Assembly (NCBI GenBank): GCA_003563895.1
Contig: PWTK01000029.1
Span: forward strand, 2,378-66,377
Origin: Syntrophomonadaceae bacterium
GTDB lineage: Bacteria; Bacillota; Dethiobacteria; DTU022; UBA8154
Length of the DNA stretch: 64,000 bases
Direction of reading: 5' to 3'
Shown one piece after another: positions 1 to 9,729 of the stretch (its first letter is position 1; each line of letters begins with the position of its first letter). The position numbers and the translations under genes were made by a program. The notes below the pieces were generated by a model that saw nothing but the letters and a program-made list of their open reading frames with translations, ran no database searches and was not told the origin of the DNA.

Positions 1-29
1 CGAGTCAAAAACCTTGAAATAAAAGCCAT
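1..29 (-). CDS. First 9 codons (MAFISRFLT) of a gene running off the left edge; possibly mreB by maf-radC-mreB synteny
   Basis: ATG at 29 with GGAAAGGAGAAG Shine-Dalgarno 8 nt upstream on the minus strand. Only 29 nt are in the window, so the product is a synteny guess. Confidence 0.3.
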
Positions 30-148
30 AAAGAGGTCTTCTCCTTTCCTGGAATTCATTAATTGCGCTGTTGAATTTATCTATCCTGATAACAGCCTTA
101 CGAGAACGAAACTTCTTCAGGGTTTTTCCCGGCGAGGGGGCCAGGCGT

Positions 149-781
149 TTAAAACAGCAGGCCTTCTTCTTTCAAGCTCAGGTAACGATGCTCCCCGATG
201 ATCACGTGGTCCAGCACTTCAATACCCATAATTTTTCCTGCCTCCACCAGCCTGCCGGTCACCTCCAGGTCTTCCCGGCTCGGTGTGGGATCCCCGCTGG
301 GATGGTTGTGGACCAGGATCACTGCTGCAGCGCTTTTTTTGACCGGCAGGTTAAATATTTCCCGGGGGTGCACGATAGAAGAGTTCAAGCTGCCAACCGA
401 GATTTCTTCGATGGAGATCACCTGATTCTTGGTGTTGAGGAGGATCACCTTAAAATATTCCTTGTTGTAATAGCGCATGGTTTCCATTAAAAGGGCGGCT
501 ACGTCCCCAGGAGAGGAGAGGGGGGTTCCATCAGCATTCATGGCCGCCGCCAACCTTCTTCCAATTTCAATGGCTGCCTTTAGCTGGACCGCCTTGGCCA
601 GGCCTATTCCTTTTATGAGCTGCAGTTCTTCCAGGGTGCATCCTGGAAGGTGGCGCATGCCGCCGGCTCGGTGGAGCACTCTCTCTGCCAGGTGGACAGC
701 CGTTTCATCCCGGCAGCCTGTCCGCAGCAAAATGGCCAGCAGTTCGGCGTTGGAAAGCTTTTCTGCACCCAGTTCTTTCAT
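149..781 (-). CDS. radC: RadC-like JAB/MPN-domain protein (UPF0758); true N-terminus probably lies upstream of the first ATG
   Basis: 210-aa ORF with the LSNAELLAILLRTG region and the JAB motif HNHPSGDPTPSxED. The conserved IKDLPSEERPRER segment is encoded in frame just upstream (782-820). Confidence 0.9.
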   Translation of the reverse strand: MKELGAEKLSNAELLAILLRTGCRDETAVHLAERVLHRAGGMRHLPGCTLEELQLIKGIGLAKAVQLKAAIEIGRRLAAAMNADGTPLSSPGDVAALLMETMRYYNKEYFKVILLNTKNQVISIEEISVGSLNSSIVHPREIFNLPVKKSAAAVILVHNHPSGDPTPSREDLEVTGRLVEAGKIMGIEVLDHVIIGEHRYLSLKEEGLLF

Positions 782-838
782 CCTTTCCCGGGGGCGTTCC
801 TCGGATGGCAGATCTTTTATTTTCGGTTTCTTTTCCGC

Positions 839-1414
839 CTAAATCTCCTCCTCGTTCCAAACTGAAATGCCAAATTCTCTCAAGGCCAGGGCCAAACGGG
901 CCAGGGGGAGGCCTACCACGTTGAAGTAACACCCTTCCAGTTTCTGCACAAACAGGGCTCCTTTTTCCTGGACGCCGTAGGAACCTGCTTTGTCAAGAGG
1001 CTCACCGGTATTGATGTAGGCGCGTATCTCCGCATCTTCCAGGCGGCGGAACCAGACCCTGGTCTCCTCGCGGCAGGTGGCCTTTTGCCCCCCTTTTACC
1101 AGGGCCAGCCCCGTGATCACGCTGTGCCTCCGGCCGCTGAGAAAACTTAACATGTGAAAGGCCTCGTTTCCATCGGCGGGTTTCCCCAACACCACCCCGT
1201 CGCAAACCACAATGGTATCGGCACCCAATACCAGTGGCGAATCTCTCTCTTCTTCAATGCTCATCGCCTTGGCCAGGGCAAATTCTTCCACGGTAGCGGG
1301 GTCTTTCATCGGTGGTTCCTGGAAACCGCTTGCCCTGATTTCGAATGGAATCCCCACCTGTTTTAACAAAGCAGCACGACGGGGAGATGCAGAAGCCAGC
1401 AAGATCGGATCCAA
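839..1414 (-). CDS. maf: Maf-like nucleoside triphosphate pyrophosphatase (septum formation protein Maf)
   Basis: 191-aa ORF with the N-terminal ILASASPRR motif and a full-length Maf-type sequence. Confidence 0.9.
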   Translation of the reverse strand: MDPILLASASPRRAALLKQVGIPFEIRASGFQEPPMKDPATVEEFALAKAMSIEEERDSPLVLGADTIVVCDGVVLGKPADGNEAFHMLSFLSGRRHSVITGLALVKGGQKATCREETRVWFRRLEDAEIRAYINTGEPLDKAGSYGVQEKGALFVQKLEGCYFNVVGLPLARLALALREFGISVWNEEEI

Positions 1415-1435
1415 AAAGCAACCTCCCTCAATGGG

Positions 1436-2095
1436 TCAGGGGTATAAGACTCTAAAGCCAATCCGTTCGGAAAGCCTCACAAAGTAAGCGGCCACCAACC
1501 CGGTAAAAACCCCCGTAGGTACGGCCAAAAGCAGCAGCAGGGGCATCAATCCCCTCCACATCATGAAATTCTGGACCAGTAGTGCGGCAATGGTCAACTG
1601 CACAACGTTAAAGGTCACCGCCCCGGCCAGGCTGACGGAAACGAGCGTGATCTTTCCGCTGTAATAATAGCGCATAACGATAGCCATGACCAGGCAGCTT
1701 ATCACCGCACCACCAAAGCTTAAATAAAAGCCAAAGCCCATAAAATTTCCGATCAGCAAACTGCCGATCACACTGCGCAGCGATGCGACAGCCATCCCGC
1801 TTTTGGCCCCGTAGAGAACTATGGCCAACAGGGTGATAATGTTGGCCAGGCCCAGTTTTGCACCGGGGACCGGGATGGGCACCGGGATGGCGGCTTCAAC
1901 CGTGTGCACGGCAACTGCAAAAGCAACCAGAAGGGCCACGTAAACCATTTTAAACGTCTTGCCGTGCTCTACACTGGTCCCCGCCAGGGCACCCCCATTT
2001 TTTACTGTCCCATCCCTGAGAGAAGAAGCGGTTCTCTTCGCCCCGTTCAGGCGGGATTCTTTCGTCAGGGAATGGGTTTGTTCCGTGGTCCGCAT
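1436..2095 (-). CDS. Gx-transporter / heptaprenyl-diphosphate-synthase-component-I-like integral membrane protein
   Basis: ORF 1436-2146 with about 5 hydrophobic glycine-rich helices, a family often found next to ApbE. Start is uncertain (ATG 2095 or 1948; no clear SD). Confidence 0.6.
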   Translation of the reverse strand: MRTTEQTHSLTKESRLNGAKRTASSLRDGTVKNGGALAGTSVEHGKTFKMVYVALLVAFAVAVHTVEAAIPVPIPVPGAKLGLANIITLLAIVLYGAKSGMAVASLRSVIGSLLIGNFMGFGFYLSFGGAVISCLVMAIVMRYYYSGKITLVSVSLAGAVTFNVVQLTIAALLVQNFMMWRGLMPLLLLLAVPTGVFTGLVAAYFVRLSERIGFRVLYP

Positions 2096-2177
2096 TGATA
2101 GATCCCGCTGCCGGAAGAATATAAGGCAGAAGGGTTCCCTCCCCATAATAGGGTGACAAGCTCCTGTAGCATATTTT

Positions 2178-3209
2178 TTATTCGGCCTTTATTTCAATGA
2201 GATCTTTCATCCCGGAGGTCAAGAATACTTCCCTGCTTCCATCTATCATGATCCCTTCAACACCGGGCAGTTCTTCCAAAAGCTCCAGCCCTTTCCCAGG
2301 TCCCAGGACAAAAACCGCCGTAGAAATGGCGTCAGCTTCCATAGCGCTTTCGGCGATAATGGTGACGCTTTTCATCCCTTCCGCCGGATAACCGCTATGG
2401 GGGTCGAGAATGTGATGGTAGCGGCGGCCGTTCTCTTCAAAATAGCGCTGATAATCACCGGAGGTGGCGATGCTCCCTTCTTTGAGGGTCACCACGGCAA
2501 AAAGCTCGGCCGCTTCATCCGGATCCCTGATCCCAATGCGCCATTCTTCCCCCCAAGGTCGGCTCCCCTTGATGTTGATGTCACCGCCGGCATTGACAAA
2601 AGAGGCTTCTACATCGTGTTCCATGGCCACCTCCTGGCCCCGGTCCACAATATAACCTTTGGCAATACCTCCCAGGTCGAGTTTCATGCCGGGGTGGGGA
2701 AGGTACACCCTGGATTGTTCTCTATCAACTTTTATCTCCCGGTAGTCCACCAGGGGCAGGATCTCCTCAATTTCCCGGTGCCGGGGCACCTGCAGCTCAT
2801 CCCTCCCAAACCCCCAGAGCGCGAGCAGCGGCCCCACCGTCGGGTCAAAGGCTCCTTCCGAAAGCTCGGCAGCCTCCAGCGCTTTTTCCAGCACGAAGAC
2901 AGTCTCCGGCTCCACCTGGATCCATTCTTCGCCGGCGGCTTCATTCAGGCGCGTCACATCGCTGTCTTCCGCGTGCCGGCTGAAAATGTTCTCCAGGCGC
3001 CTCATTTCGGCAAACACTTCCTCGGAGGCCCGGGAAGCTTCCTCCTCGTCCAGGCCGTAAACGGAAAAGTCAACCTTTGTATCCATTAAAAACGTGTTTT
3101 TATCGACCCTTTCCCCGTCGGCAGGGCCTTCCCTGCATCCGGCCAGAGAAAGGACAAGAGCCAACACGGCCAAAAAAGTTGTGATTTTCCACCATTTCAA
3201 TGCAAACAC
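2178..3209 (-). CDS. apbE: FAD:protein FMN transferase ApbE (lipoprotein)
   Basis: 343-aa ORF with a GTG start after a GGGGAG SD. Lipobox LSLAGC and ApbE motifs GGIAKGY, ATSGDY, HHILDP. Confidence 0.9.
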   Translation of the reverse strand: MFALKWWKITTFLAVLALVLSLAGCREGPADGERVDKNTFLMDTKVDFSVYGLDEEEASRASEEVFAEMRRLENIFSRHAEDSDVTRLNEAAGEEWIQVEPETVFVLEKALEAAELSEGAFDPTVGPLLALWGFGRDELQVPRHREIEEILPLVDYREIKVDREQSRVYLPHPGMKLDLGGIAKGYIVDRGQEVAMEHDVEASFVNAGGDINIKGSRPWGEEWRIGIRDPDEAAELFAVVTLKEGSIATSGDYQRYFEENGRRYHHILDPHSGYPAEGMKSVTIIAESAMEADAISTAVFVLGPGKGLELLEELPGVEGIMIDGSREVFLTSGMKDLIEIKAE

Positions 3210-3333
3210 GCCGCACTTACTCCCCTTATCACGAAATATCGTTCCTCAAACATTGTACATCGTAACACTTTTGGCGGCCCAAGGCAAGGACATTTAACGG
3301 GGTGGGAAAGCTCCTGGCGCGGGCTTTTTCCAA

Positions 3334-5772
3334 TTACAGATCCACCAGTGCCCGACCGTAATAAAAGAGGATGAAGATGACTATCCCCAACATCAGCACC
3401 ATTAACAGCTGATCGAAATTGATATTTTTTATGTTCCACTCCAGGGGATTGAAGGCCGGCCTGCGGCCCTTCCTGTCCCCCGCTTCCGCTTTTTCCCGCC
3501 CGTCAGGAGCAGCAGTTGGAGCAGGTTCTTTTACCTCCACCCTTTCCAGGCGGAGGGTTTTGCCGGCGAGCTTTTGGGCTGTTTTGCTCGAGCTCTCGTA
3601 TGTTTTATCCAGTGCCCGGTCAAAACGGGTGGTTTTTTCGGCGAGGTTCCTGGCGGCCCGTCCTGTGGCAGCATACGTCTTGTCGAGGGCCTTATCGAAG
3701 TGCGCAGTGCGGTCCGCCAGCCCCCTGGCAGCCCTGCCCGTGGATTCATAGGCCCTGTTTAACGCTCCATCCAGGCGGGAAGACCTGTCGGCAAAATCCC
3801 TGGCTGTAGAGCCGGTTTTCTCATAGGCTTCGTTCAGGGCATCGTCCAGCTCGCGGCTCCTTTCCATCAACCTGTAAACCTTGCGGCTGGACTGTTCGAA
3901 AAAGCTGTCCAGGTTGCTGTCGAAAGAGCCGACATATCGGCAGAATTTTAAGAACTTGCCGCCCACGCCAAAATAGAGCCGGTTTACCGAGTGGTCCAGG
4001 GTCACCCCCATACGGCACAAGATTTGATAGAACAGCCTGGCTGCCGGAAGCATCAGCATGGACTCCACGCTGAACCACGCCGGAAGCTCCCGGTCGAACA
4101 GCTTCCAGCGATAAAGCGGCACGTAAATCGCCACCGCGGTGATGATCACCGTCAGCGCAGCCGCCAGGGGCTGATAGCTGAAAAAATCAAGCCTGGCCAC
4201 GTGTTCGATGCCGTAAGGCTCAAAGGTAAACGCGTACGTGGAAGCCAGCACGAAATCCTCCACGAAGAAACCCGGCTGCAGCCCAACGACCAGCATGAAA
4301 AGGCCCAACACAAAAAGGGGCGCATACAGGAGCCAGGGGGCACTGCGAATCCTCGCACGGGTTTCTTCTCCCAAAAACGCCTTCTGGAAAAATTTCAAGT
4401 AATAGCAAAGCGTTAGCGCGCTCCCGGCGACAAAGATCTTTTCGGCCAGGTAAATATCCCAACCCCCATAGAGCTTATATGCCTCCAGCAGCGCATCGTG
4501 CACCAGCGTCTTGCTGATATAGCCGTTCAAGCCGGGCACCCCAGCAATTCCGAGGGCGGCAAGGACAAAAAAGGCGGTCAAAAGCGGCATTTTTTTGGCC
4601 AACCCCCCCAGCTTGCCCAGTTCCAGGGTGCCGGCGCGGTAAAAGATAATCCCCGCGATGAGAAAGAAAGCCGTTTTGTAAAGGGTGTGATTGAAGGCAT
4701 GCAACACTGCACCGCTGTAGCCCATGGCCTCCTCTGCGCCCAAAAGGTACGCAGCTGCACCCAGGCCGGTGATCATGTAACCTACTTGGCTGATGGAACT
4801 GAAAGCCAGCAGCCTCATGATGTGTCCCTGGAAGAGGGCCAACAGGGCGCCGGCAACCATGGTCAAAAGCCCGATCCACATCACCCAGTACCCCGAAGAA
4901 AGAGCAAAGGAATATAGTTCGCTCCATTCGAGCGAGGCGGGCGTCAGAATGAGCAGGAGCACACGCAAAATGCCGTACACACCGGCCTTGATCATCGCCC
5001 CTGAAGAGAGGGCGTTTACCACCGCCGGGCCCGCACCGTATGCCTTGGGCATCCAGAAGTGAAGGGGGACAACCCCGGCTTTTATGCCGAACCCGATAAA
5101 AAAGCAGCCAAAAACGATACCCAGCCCCGTTTTTTCGACACCGGCCAGCTCTTGCATGAGGGGGGCAATCTCGACCGTTCCCGCAGCGTTAAAAATGGCG
5201 AAGATCCCGAAAAGAAGTATTAGCCCGCCGGCGACCCCCATGTAGAGGTACAGCTTCCCGGCCGCCATGGCCGGCCGATCCCGGCGTGTTATAACCAGCA
5301 CAAAGGAACTGAACGTCATCAGCTCAAAAAACAGGAAAAGGCTGACCAGGTCGCCCGTCAAAACCACACCCAGGCAGCTGCCCAGGGTCAGCAGGGCAAA
5401 AGGGAAATAAAAGACGGGGAAACCTTCCACCTGCAGGTAATGGGAAGCGTACACCAGTACCAGCATCCAGGCCAGGGACATCAAAAAGGCAAAAATGAAT
5501 CCCAGAAGGTCCACCCTGAACATCAGCCCCAGGCCCATCATGTCGGCAAAGCGATGCTCCACCACCCCTTCCCGCAGCAGGGGCAGCAGGGAGAGCACCA
5601 GCAAAAAGGTGATGCACCCCGCAACAGCAGCCCAGAAACCGATATGGCGCTTCTTTTTAACCCCGAGAACAGCCAGGACAAGAGCGGCTGTCATAGGAAA
5701 AAGAACAACGGCCACCGGCCGCCAGGATAATACAATATTGGTAGCTTCTCCCCATAGCTCAGAAGCAGCCAT
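3334..5772 (-). CDS. Antiporter-like large subunit (NuoL/MrpA-type, Proton_antipo_M core) with a repeat-containing C-terminal extension and terminal TM anchor
   Basis: ORF 3334-5820, with start revised to ATG 5772 (AAGGAGG 11 nt upstream). Many TM helices and a WLPxAxxxP-like motif (HFWMPKAYGAGP). C-terminus carries 4 x 25-aa repeats plus one TM helix. Confidence 0.8.
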   Translation of the reverse strand: MAASELWGEATNIVLSWRPVAVVLFPMTAALVLAVLGVKKKRHIGFWAAVAGCITFLLVLSLLPLLREGVVEHRFADMMGLGLMFRVDLLGFIFAFLMSLAWMLVLVYASHYLQVEGFPVFYFPFALLTLGSCLGVVLTGDLVSLFLFFELMTFSSFVLVITRRDRPAMAAGKLYLYMGVAGGLILLFGIFAIFNAAGTVEIAPLMQELAGVEKTGLGIVFGCFFIGFGIKAGVVPLHFWMPKAYGAGPAVVNALSSGAMIKAGVYGILRVLLLILTPASLEWSELYSFALSSGYWVMWIGLLTMVAGALLALFQGHIMRLLAFSSISQVGYMITGLGAAAYLLGAEEAMGYSGAVLHAFNHTLYKTAFFLIAGIIFYRAGTLELGKLGGLAKKMPLLTAFFVLAALGIAGVPGLNGYISKTLVHDALLEAYKLYGGWDIYLAEKIFVAGSALTLCYYLKFFQKAFLGEETRARIRSAPWLLYAPLFVLGLFMLVVGLQPGFFVEDFVLASTYAFTFEPYGIEHVARLDFFSYQPLAAALTVIITAVAIYVPLYRWKLFDRELPAWFSVESMLMLPAARLFYQILCRMGVTLDHSVNRLYFGVGGKFLKFCRYVGSFDSNLDSFFEQSSRKVYRLMERSRELDDALNEAYEKTGSTARDFADRSSRLDGALNRAYESTGRAARGLADRTAHFDKALDKTYAATGRAARNLAEKTTRFDRALDKTYESSSKTAQKLAGKTLRLERVEVKEPAPTAAPDGREKAEAGDRKGRRPAFNPLEWNIKNINFDQLLMVLMLGIVIFILFYYGRALVDL

Positions 5773-5851
5773 CAAGGTAGCTTCCTCCTTCAGCAAATCC
5801 CAAACAGTAATGCAAACCATGCCAAAGTGCTCTTGTGCTTCGGTTTCCCTA

Positions 5852-7360
5852 TTAAGGCATGCCAGCGTTTATCAGAAAACTTGCCGTTCTCAAGGATAGC
5901 TCAAAGGCGAAATTGTTCGGCATAAGCCCAAAGACAATACAGGCCAATCCCAGAATGGCCACCGGTATAACCATGCGATGGGCGGCCTCCTGAATATTAA
6001 AAGGGATGCCCTCCCCGTGGTGGCCCCCTTCTTCCTCTTCCTCACCGCCGAAAAAGGCGGCAATGATGATGGGCAGGTAATAAAGGCCGTTAAGCAAGCT
6101 GCTGATGAGCAGAACCACCACGTATAACGGCGCCCCGGCCTCCAGAGCACCCAGGGCCAGGGTCCACTTGCTCAAAAAACCGTTCAGCGGAGGGATGCCG
6201 ATCATGGCCAGGGCAGCGATGGTAAATGCCCCCATGGTCACGGGCATTTTTTTGCCAATGCCCTGCAGATCGTTGATATTGCGAAGCCCGGTTTTCCAGA
6301 TAATCGCGCCGGCCGCCAAAAAGAGGGTGCTCTTCATCAGCGCGTGGCTGAAAATGTGGAAAACATCCCCCACCAGCGCCGTTTCGTTCAACAAGGCCAT
6401 GCCGAGAATAATATACCCCATCTGCCCCACGCTGGAATAGGCCAGGCGCCTTTTTAAATCCTCCTGGGTCAGCGCTACCGCCGAACCGAGCAGGATGGTG
6501 ATCACCGCCAGCACCAGCATGATCATATCCCAGCCGGTCTCTTTAACCAGCGGAATATTGAAAACAGTAAAAAGAACCCTCAGCATGCCATACGCCCCAG
6601 TTTTCAGCATGATCCCCGAAAGCAGGGCACTGGCCGGAGAGGGTGCCACGGGATGGGCGTCGGGAAGCCAGACATGCAGGGGAAACATGCCCGCCTTCAT
6701 GCCGAACCCCACCAGGAAGCTCAAAAAGGCCAGGAAGGGCAGTGTGCCTGCCGCGGTGATAAGGGTGCCCTGGCTGAGGCTGACCGTTCCCGCCAGCTCA
6801 AAGGTGAGAATAATGGCAAAAAACAGGGCCAGGCCGCCGATAATGGTCATGATCAGGTATTTATACCCCGCTCGAAGCGCTTCCCTTGTCTCTTCATGAA
6901 TCACGAGCACATAGGAGATGAGGGACATGAGCTCAAAAAAGATAAAAAGGGTAAAAAAGTCGCCCGCCATGAAAATCCCGAGGCAGCTGCCCAGCGTAAA
7001 AATAAAAATGGGATAATACCGGTCACCGCCGTGTTCGTGAGACATGTAGTCGATGGAGTAGATGGCAACAAGCATCCAGACAAAGGAGGAAATAATGGCC
7101 AGGCTGAAACTGAGTATATCAACCCTGACACTTACCCCCAGGCCCGGCAGGATGTCGAATATGGTATAGTCGATAATGTTGCCGGCCGCAAGGTAGGGGT
7201 ACATGGCTGCAACGGAAAAAAAAGTGACCACCGCCGTAGCGACGGAAAGACCATCCCGCAACTTTTCCGAGCGCCTGCTGATGATGAATATGACCATCGA
7301 CATGAAAATCGGAAACATGACCGTCCAGATGGGCATGAAATTGTAGAAAACTGCCTCCAA
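5852..7360 (-). CDS. mnhD: Mrp/Mnh subunit D-like (NuoM/N-type) antiporter-like subunit
   Basis: 502-aa ORF with a TTG start after AAAGGAG. Motif VWLPDAHPVAPSPASALLSG is typical of the Proton_antipo_M family. Confidence 0.85.
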   Translation of the reverse strand: MEAVFYNFMPIWTVMFPIFMSMVIFIISRRSEKLRDGLSVATAVVTFFSVAAMYPYLAAGNIIDYTIFDILPGLGVSVRVDILSFSLAIISSFVWMLVAIYSIDYMSHEHGGDRYYPIFIFTLGSCLGIFMAGDFFTLFIFFELMSLISYVLVIHEETREALRAGYKYLIMTIIGGLALFFAIILTFELAGTVSLSQGTLITAAGTLPFLAFLSFLVGFGMKAGMFPLHVWLPDAHPVAPSPASALLSGIMLKTGAYGMLRVLFTVFNIPLVKETGWDMIMLVLAVITILLGSAVALTQEDLKRRLAYSSVGQMGYIILGMALLNETALVGDVFHIFSHALMKSTLFLAAGAIIWKTGLRNINDLQGIGKKMPVTMGAFTIAALAMIGIPPLNGFLSKWTLALGALEAGAPLYVVVLLISSLLNGLYYLPIIIAAFFGGEEEEEGGHHGEGIPFNIQEAAHRMVIPVAILGLACIVFGLMPNNFAFELSLRTASFLINAGMP

Positions 7361-7435
7361 AGCGGGTCACTCCTTTAAATTATATTATAACATAACCGCC
7401 CATACAATAAATAATTTGAAAGTTTTCTTTTTTCC

Positions 7436-8905
7436 CTAAAGTACTATCGCCTGTTCCAGGAGCGCCAGGATGGGTCCGGGGTAAAAACCGAAAAAAATCA
7501 CACCGGCCGCGAGTATTAATACCGGCACCAGCATCATGCCGGGTACATCCCTGTGTTCTGAACGGGGCTCAATTTTCACGCCGAAGAACGCATTGATCAC
7601 AATGGGCAAATAGTAAATCCCGTTTAAGAGGCTGCTCAACAGGATGATCGCCACGAAAAATGGCCTTCCCAGGTCGAGGGCCCCCAGGGCCAGATGCCAC
7701 TTGCTGATGAAACCGTTGGTGCCTGGAATGCCGACCATGGAAAAAGCGCCGATGGCAAAAGCCCCCATGGTCAGGGGCATGCGAACCCCGATTCCCCTCA
7801 GATCCCTGATATTTCTAATGCCCGCTGCATATATGATCAGGCCTGCCGCCAAAAAAAGCATGGACTTCATCAGGGCATGGTTGAAAATGTGCACCAGCCC
7901 CCCCAGCAAAGCCCTGTTTCCAAAAAGACCGATGCCCATGAACACAAAACCGATCTGGGCGATGCTGGAATAGGCCAGCATGCGCTTGATATCCTCCTGC
8001 ACCATGGCAAAAATGGAACCTGCCATGACCGCCAGAACCGAAAGAAAAAGCAGTATATCCAACACAGGGACGACTTCGAACAGCTCGGCTGGAAAAACGC
8101 GGAACAGGAGCCGCAGGATGGCGGCCGCATAAATTTTAATCACCAGGCCGGAGAGGACGGCGCTGGAAGGGGAGGGCGCTGAAGAGTGGGCATCCGGCAG
8201 CCAGATGTGCAGCGGGAAAAGGGCAGACTTGACGCTAAAACCAACGATAAAAAGGCTCAGCGCCATCAGGATGTTGTATGGGTATTCCGCGATGGCCTGT
8301 GGAAGCTCCTGGGCCACAAAATCGTAATTCAGGTAGCCGGTGATCATGTAGATCATGGCCACACCGAGCAAAACGCAGCCGGAACCCAACACGCTTAAAA
8401 TAAGGTATTTAAAGCTGGCCTCGATACATTCCCGGTCTTTTTTGATGGAAATAATGCCGCACGCCGAGATTGTCGAGATCTCCAGGAAAACAAACAGGGT
8501 GAAAAGGTCGTTGGTGAGGGCGATGCCTATCATTGAAGCCAGCAGCAGAAGGTACAGGGTATAATACCAGCTCATCACTTCCGCCCTGATCTCGTGGTAG
8601 AGGTCGCGAGCACCGTAAACCATCACCACCAGGCAGATGGAGCTCAAAACCATCATCATGTAAACAGCCAGGTGATCAATATAGAGTTCCACCCCCCACG
8701 GCGGAGGCCAACCTCCCACGTGGTAGGAAAAAGCCCCCCTGCTTTCAACCAGGTAAATGAGGTAGAGGGAAACGGTAAATACGGCTCCCAGCACAGAAAG
8801 CGTAAAGGGCAAAGCAGCAGCCCTCGCGCCCCTTCTGAGGAGAGGCATGACAAAAGAAGCGAGCAGTAATAAGGCGATAGAAATTACAGGAAGGTGGAGG
8901 GACAC
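7436..8905 (-). CDS. mnhD: Mrp/Mnh subunit D-like (MbhH-type) antiporter-like subunit
   Basis: ORF 7436-8980, with start revised to GTG 8905 (GGGAGG SD, 1 nt after the mnhC stop). Motif IWLPDAHSSAPSPSSAVLSG. Confidence 0.85.
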   Translation of the reverse strand: MSLHLPVISIALLLLASFVMPLLRRGARAAALPFTLSVLGAVFTVSLYLIYLVESRGAFSYHVGGWPPPWGVELYIDHLAVYMMMVLSSICLVVMVYGARDLYHEIRAEVMSWYYTLYLLLLASMIGIALTNDLFTLFVFLEISTISACGIISIKKDRECIEASFKYLILSVLGSGCVLLGVAMIYMITGYLNYDFVAQELPQAIAEYPYNILMALSLFIVGFSVKSALFPLHIWLPDAHSSAPSPSSAVLSGLVIKIYAAAILRLLFRVFPAELFEVVPVLDILLFLSVLAVMAGSIFAMVQEDIKRMLAYSSIAQIGFVFMGIGLFGNRALLGGLVHIFNHALMKSMLFLAAGLIIYAAGIRNIRDLRGIGVRMPLTMGAFAIGAFSMVGIPGTNGFISKWHLALGALDLGRPFFVAIILLSSLLNGIYYLPIVINAFFGVKIEPRSEHRDVPGMMLVPVLILAAGVIFFGFYPGPILALLEQAIVL

Positions 8906-8906
8906 T

Positions 8907-9284
8907 TCAGCTTTCCTCCCTGGCGCGAATTTGGGCGATTTCGTTCGCACAACACGTTCCATACTGCTTGTAAAGCTCAACGATCAGGCTGAGCGCATAA
9001 GCGGTAACGCTGACCGCCACCACGATACCGGTCAGTATCAGGGCTGAAGGCAGGGGGTTCACATACATCTCCGCTTCAACGCCGGGTTGGATAATTGGGG
9101 CCATTCCACCCCGACGGTAGCCGATAGAGACGAAAAAAAGGAAGATGGAGGTATCCATGATATTCATCCCGATCACTTTTTTAATCAGGTTCGAATGGGT
9201 TAACATGGTATGAATCCCGATGATGAAGAGCACCATGGAAACAAAATAATAATAATTCTCCAGCAGTCTACTGATGATCTCCAC
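8907..9284 (-). CDS. mnhC: Mrp/Mnh subunit C (NuoK-like)
   Basis: 125-aa ORF with 3 TM helices and a NuoK/MnhC-like sequence. Overlaps the upstream mnhB end. Confidence 0.85.
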   Translation of the reverse strand: MEIISRLLENYYYFVSMVLFIIGIHTMLTHSNLIKKVIGMNIMDTSIFLFFVSIGYRRGGMAPIIQPGVEAEMYVNPLPSALILTGIVVAVSVTAYALSLIVELYKQYGTCCANEIAQIRAREES

Positions 9285-9711
9285 CGCTGCCTTCCTCCTC
9301 GCTCAGGTTGTAAAAAAGCGTGAACATGGTGGATGCAACCTTGACCCCGATGCCGAGGGAGAGCAAAAAGATCATCCCTCCGCTGAAAAGCTGGCCCGGC
9401 AATCCAAAACCGAGGCCGGCCGCGCGATTTGTCAGAAAGTTGCTCCCCAGCGCCAGCCCCAAAAGCCCGATCAGGATGTACCAGATCCCGCCTCCGCTCT
9501 CCAGGTAGGAGGAAGTTTCATGGCCCAGCTTTTGGGCTCCAGCCTCCAGGTGAAAAGAAAGGGCGAACAGGACCATGCTGGACCCGAGGATGGCTCCCCC
9601 GGCAAAGCCGCCCCCGGGGGAAAGATGGCCGTGGAAAATGACATATAAACCGTAAACCTGCACAAACGGCACGATCACGCGGCAAACCGTGCGGATCACG
9701 ATATCTTTCAT
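9268..9711 (-). CDS. mnhB: Mrp/Mnh subunit B-like (MbhF-type)
   Basis: 147-aa ORF carrying the hallmark HGHLSPGGGFAGG motif of the MnhB domain. Confidence 0.85.
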   Translation of the reverse strand: MKDIVIRTVCRVIVPFVQVYGLYVIFHGHLSPGGGFAGGAILGSSMVLFALSFHLEAGAQKLGHETSSYLESGGGIWYILIGLLGLALGSNFLTNRAAGLGFGLPGQLFSGGMIFLLSLGIGVKVASTMFTLFYNLSEEEGSGGDHQ

Positions 9712-9729
9712 CAGACACCGACTCCTTTA

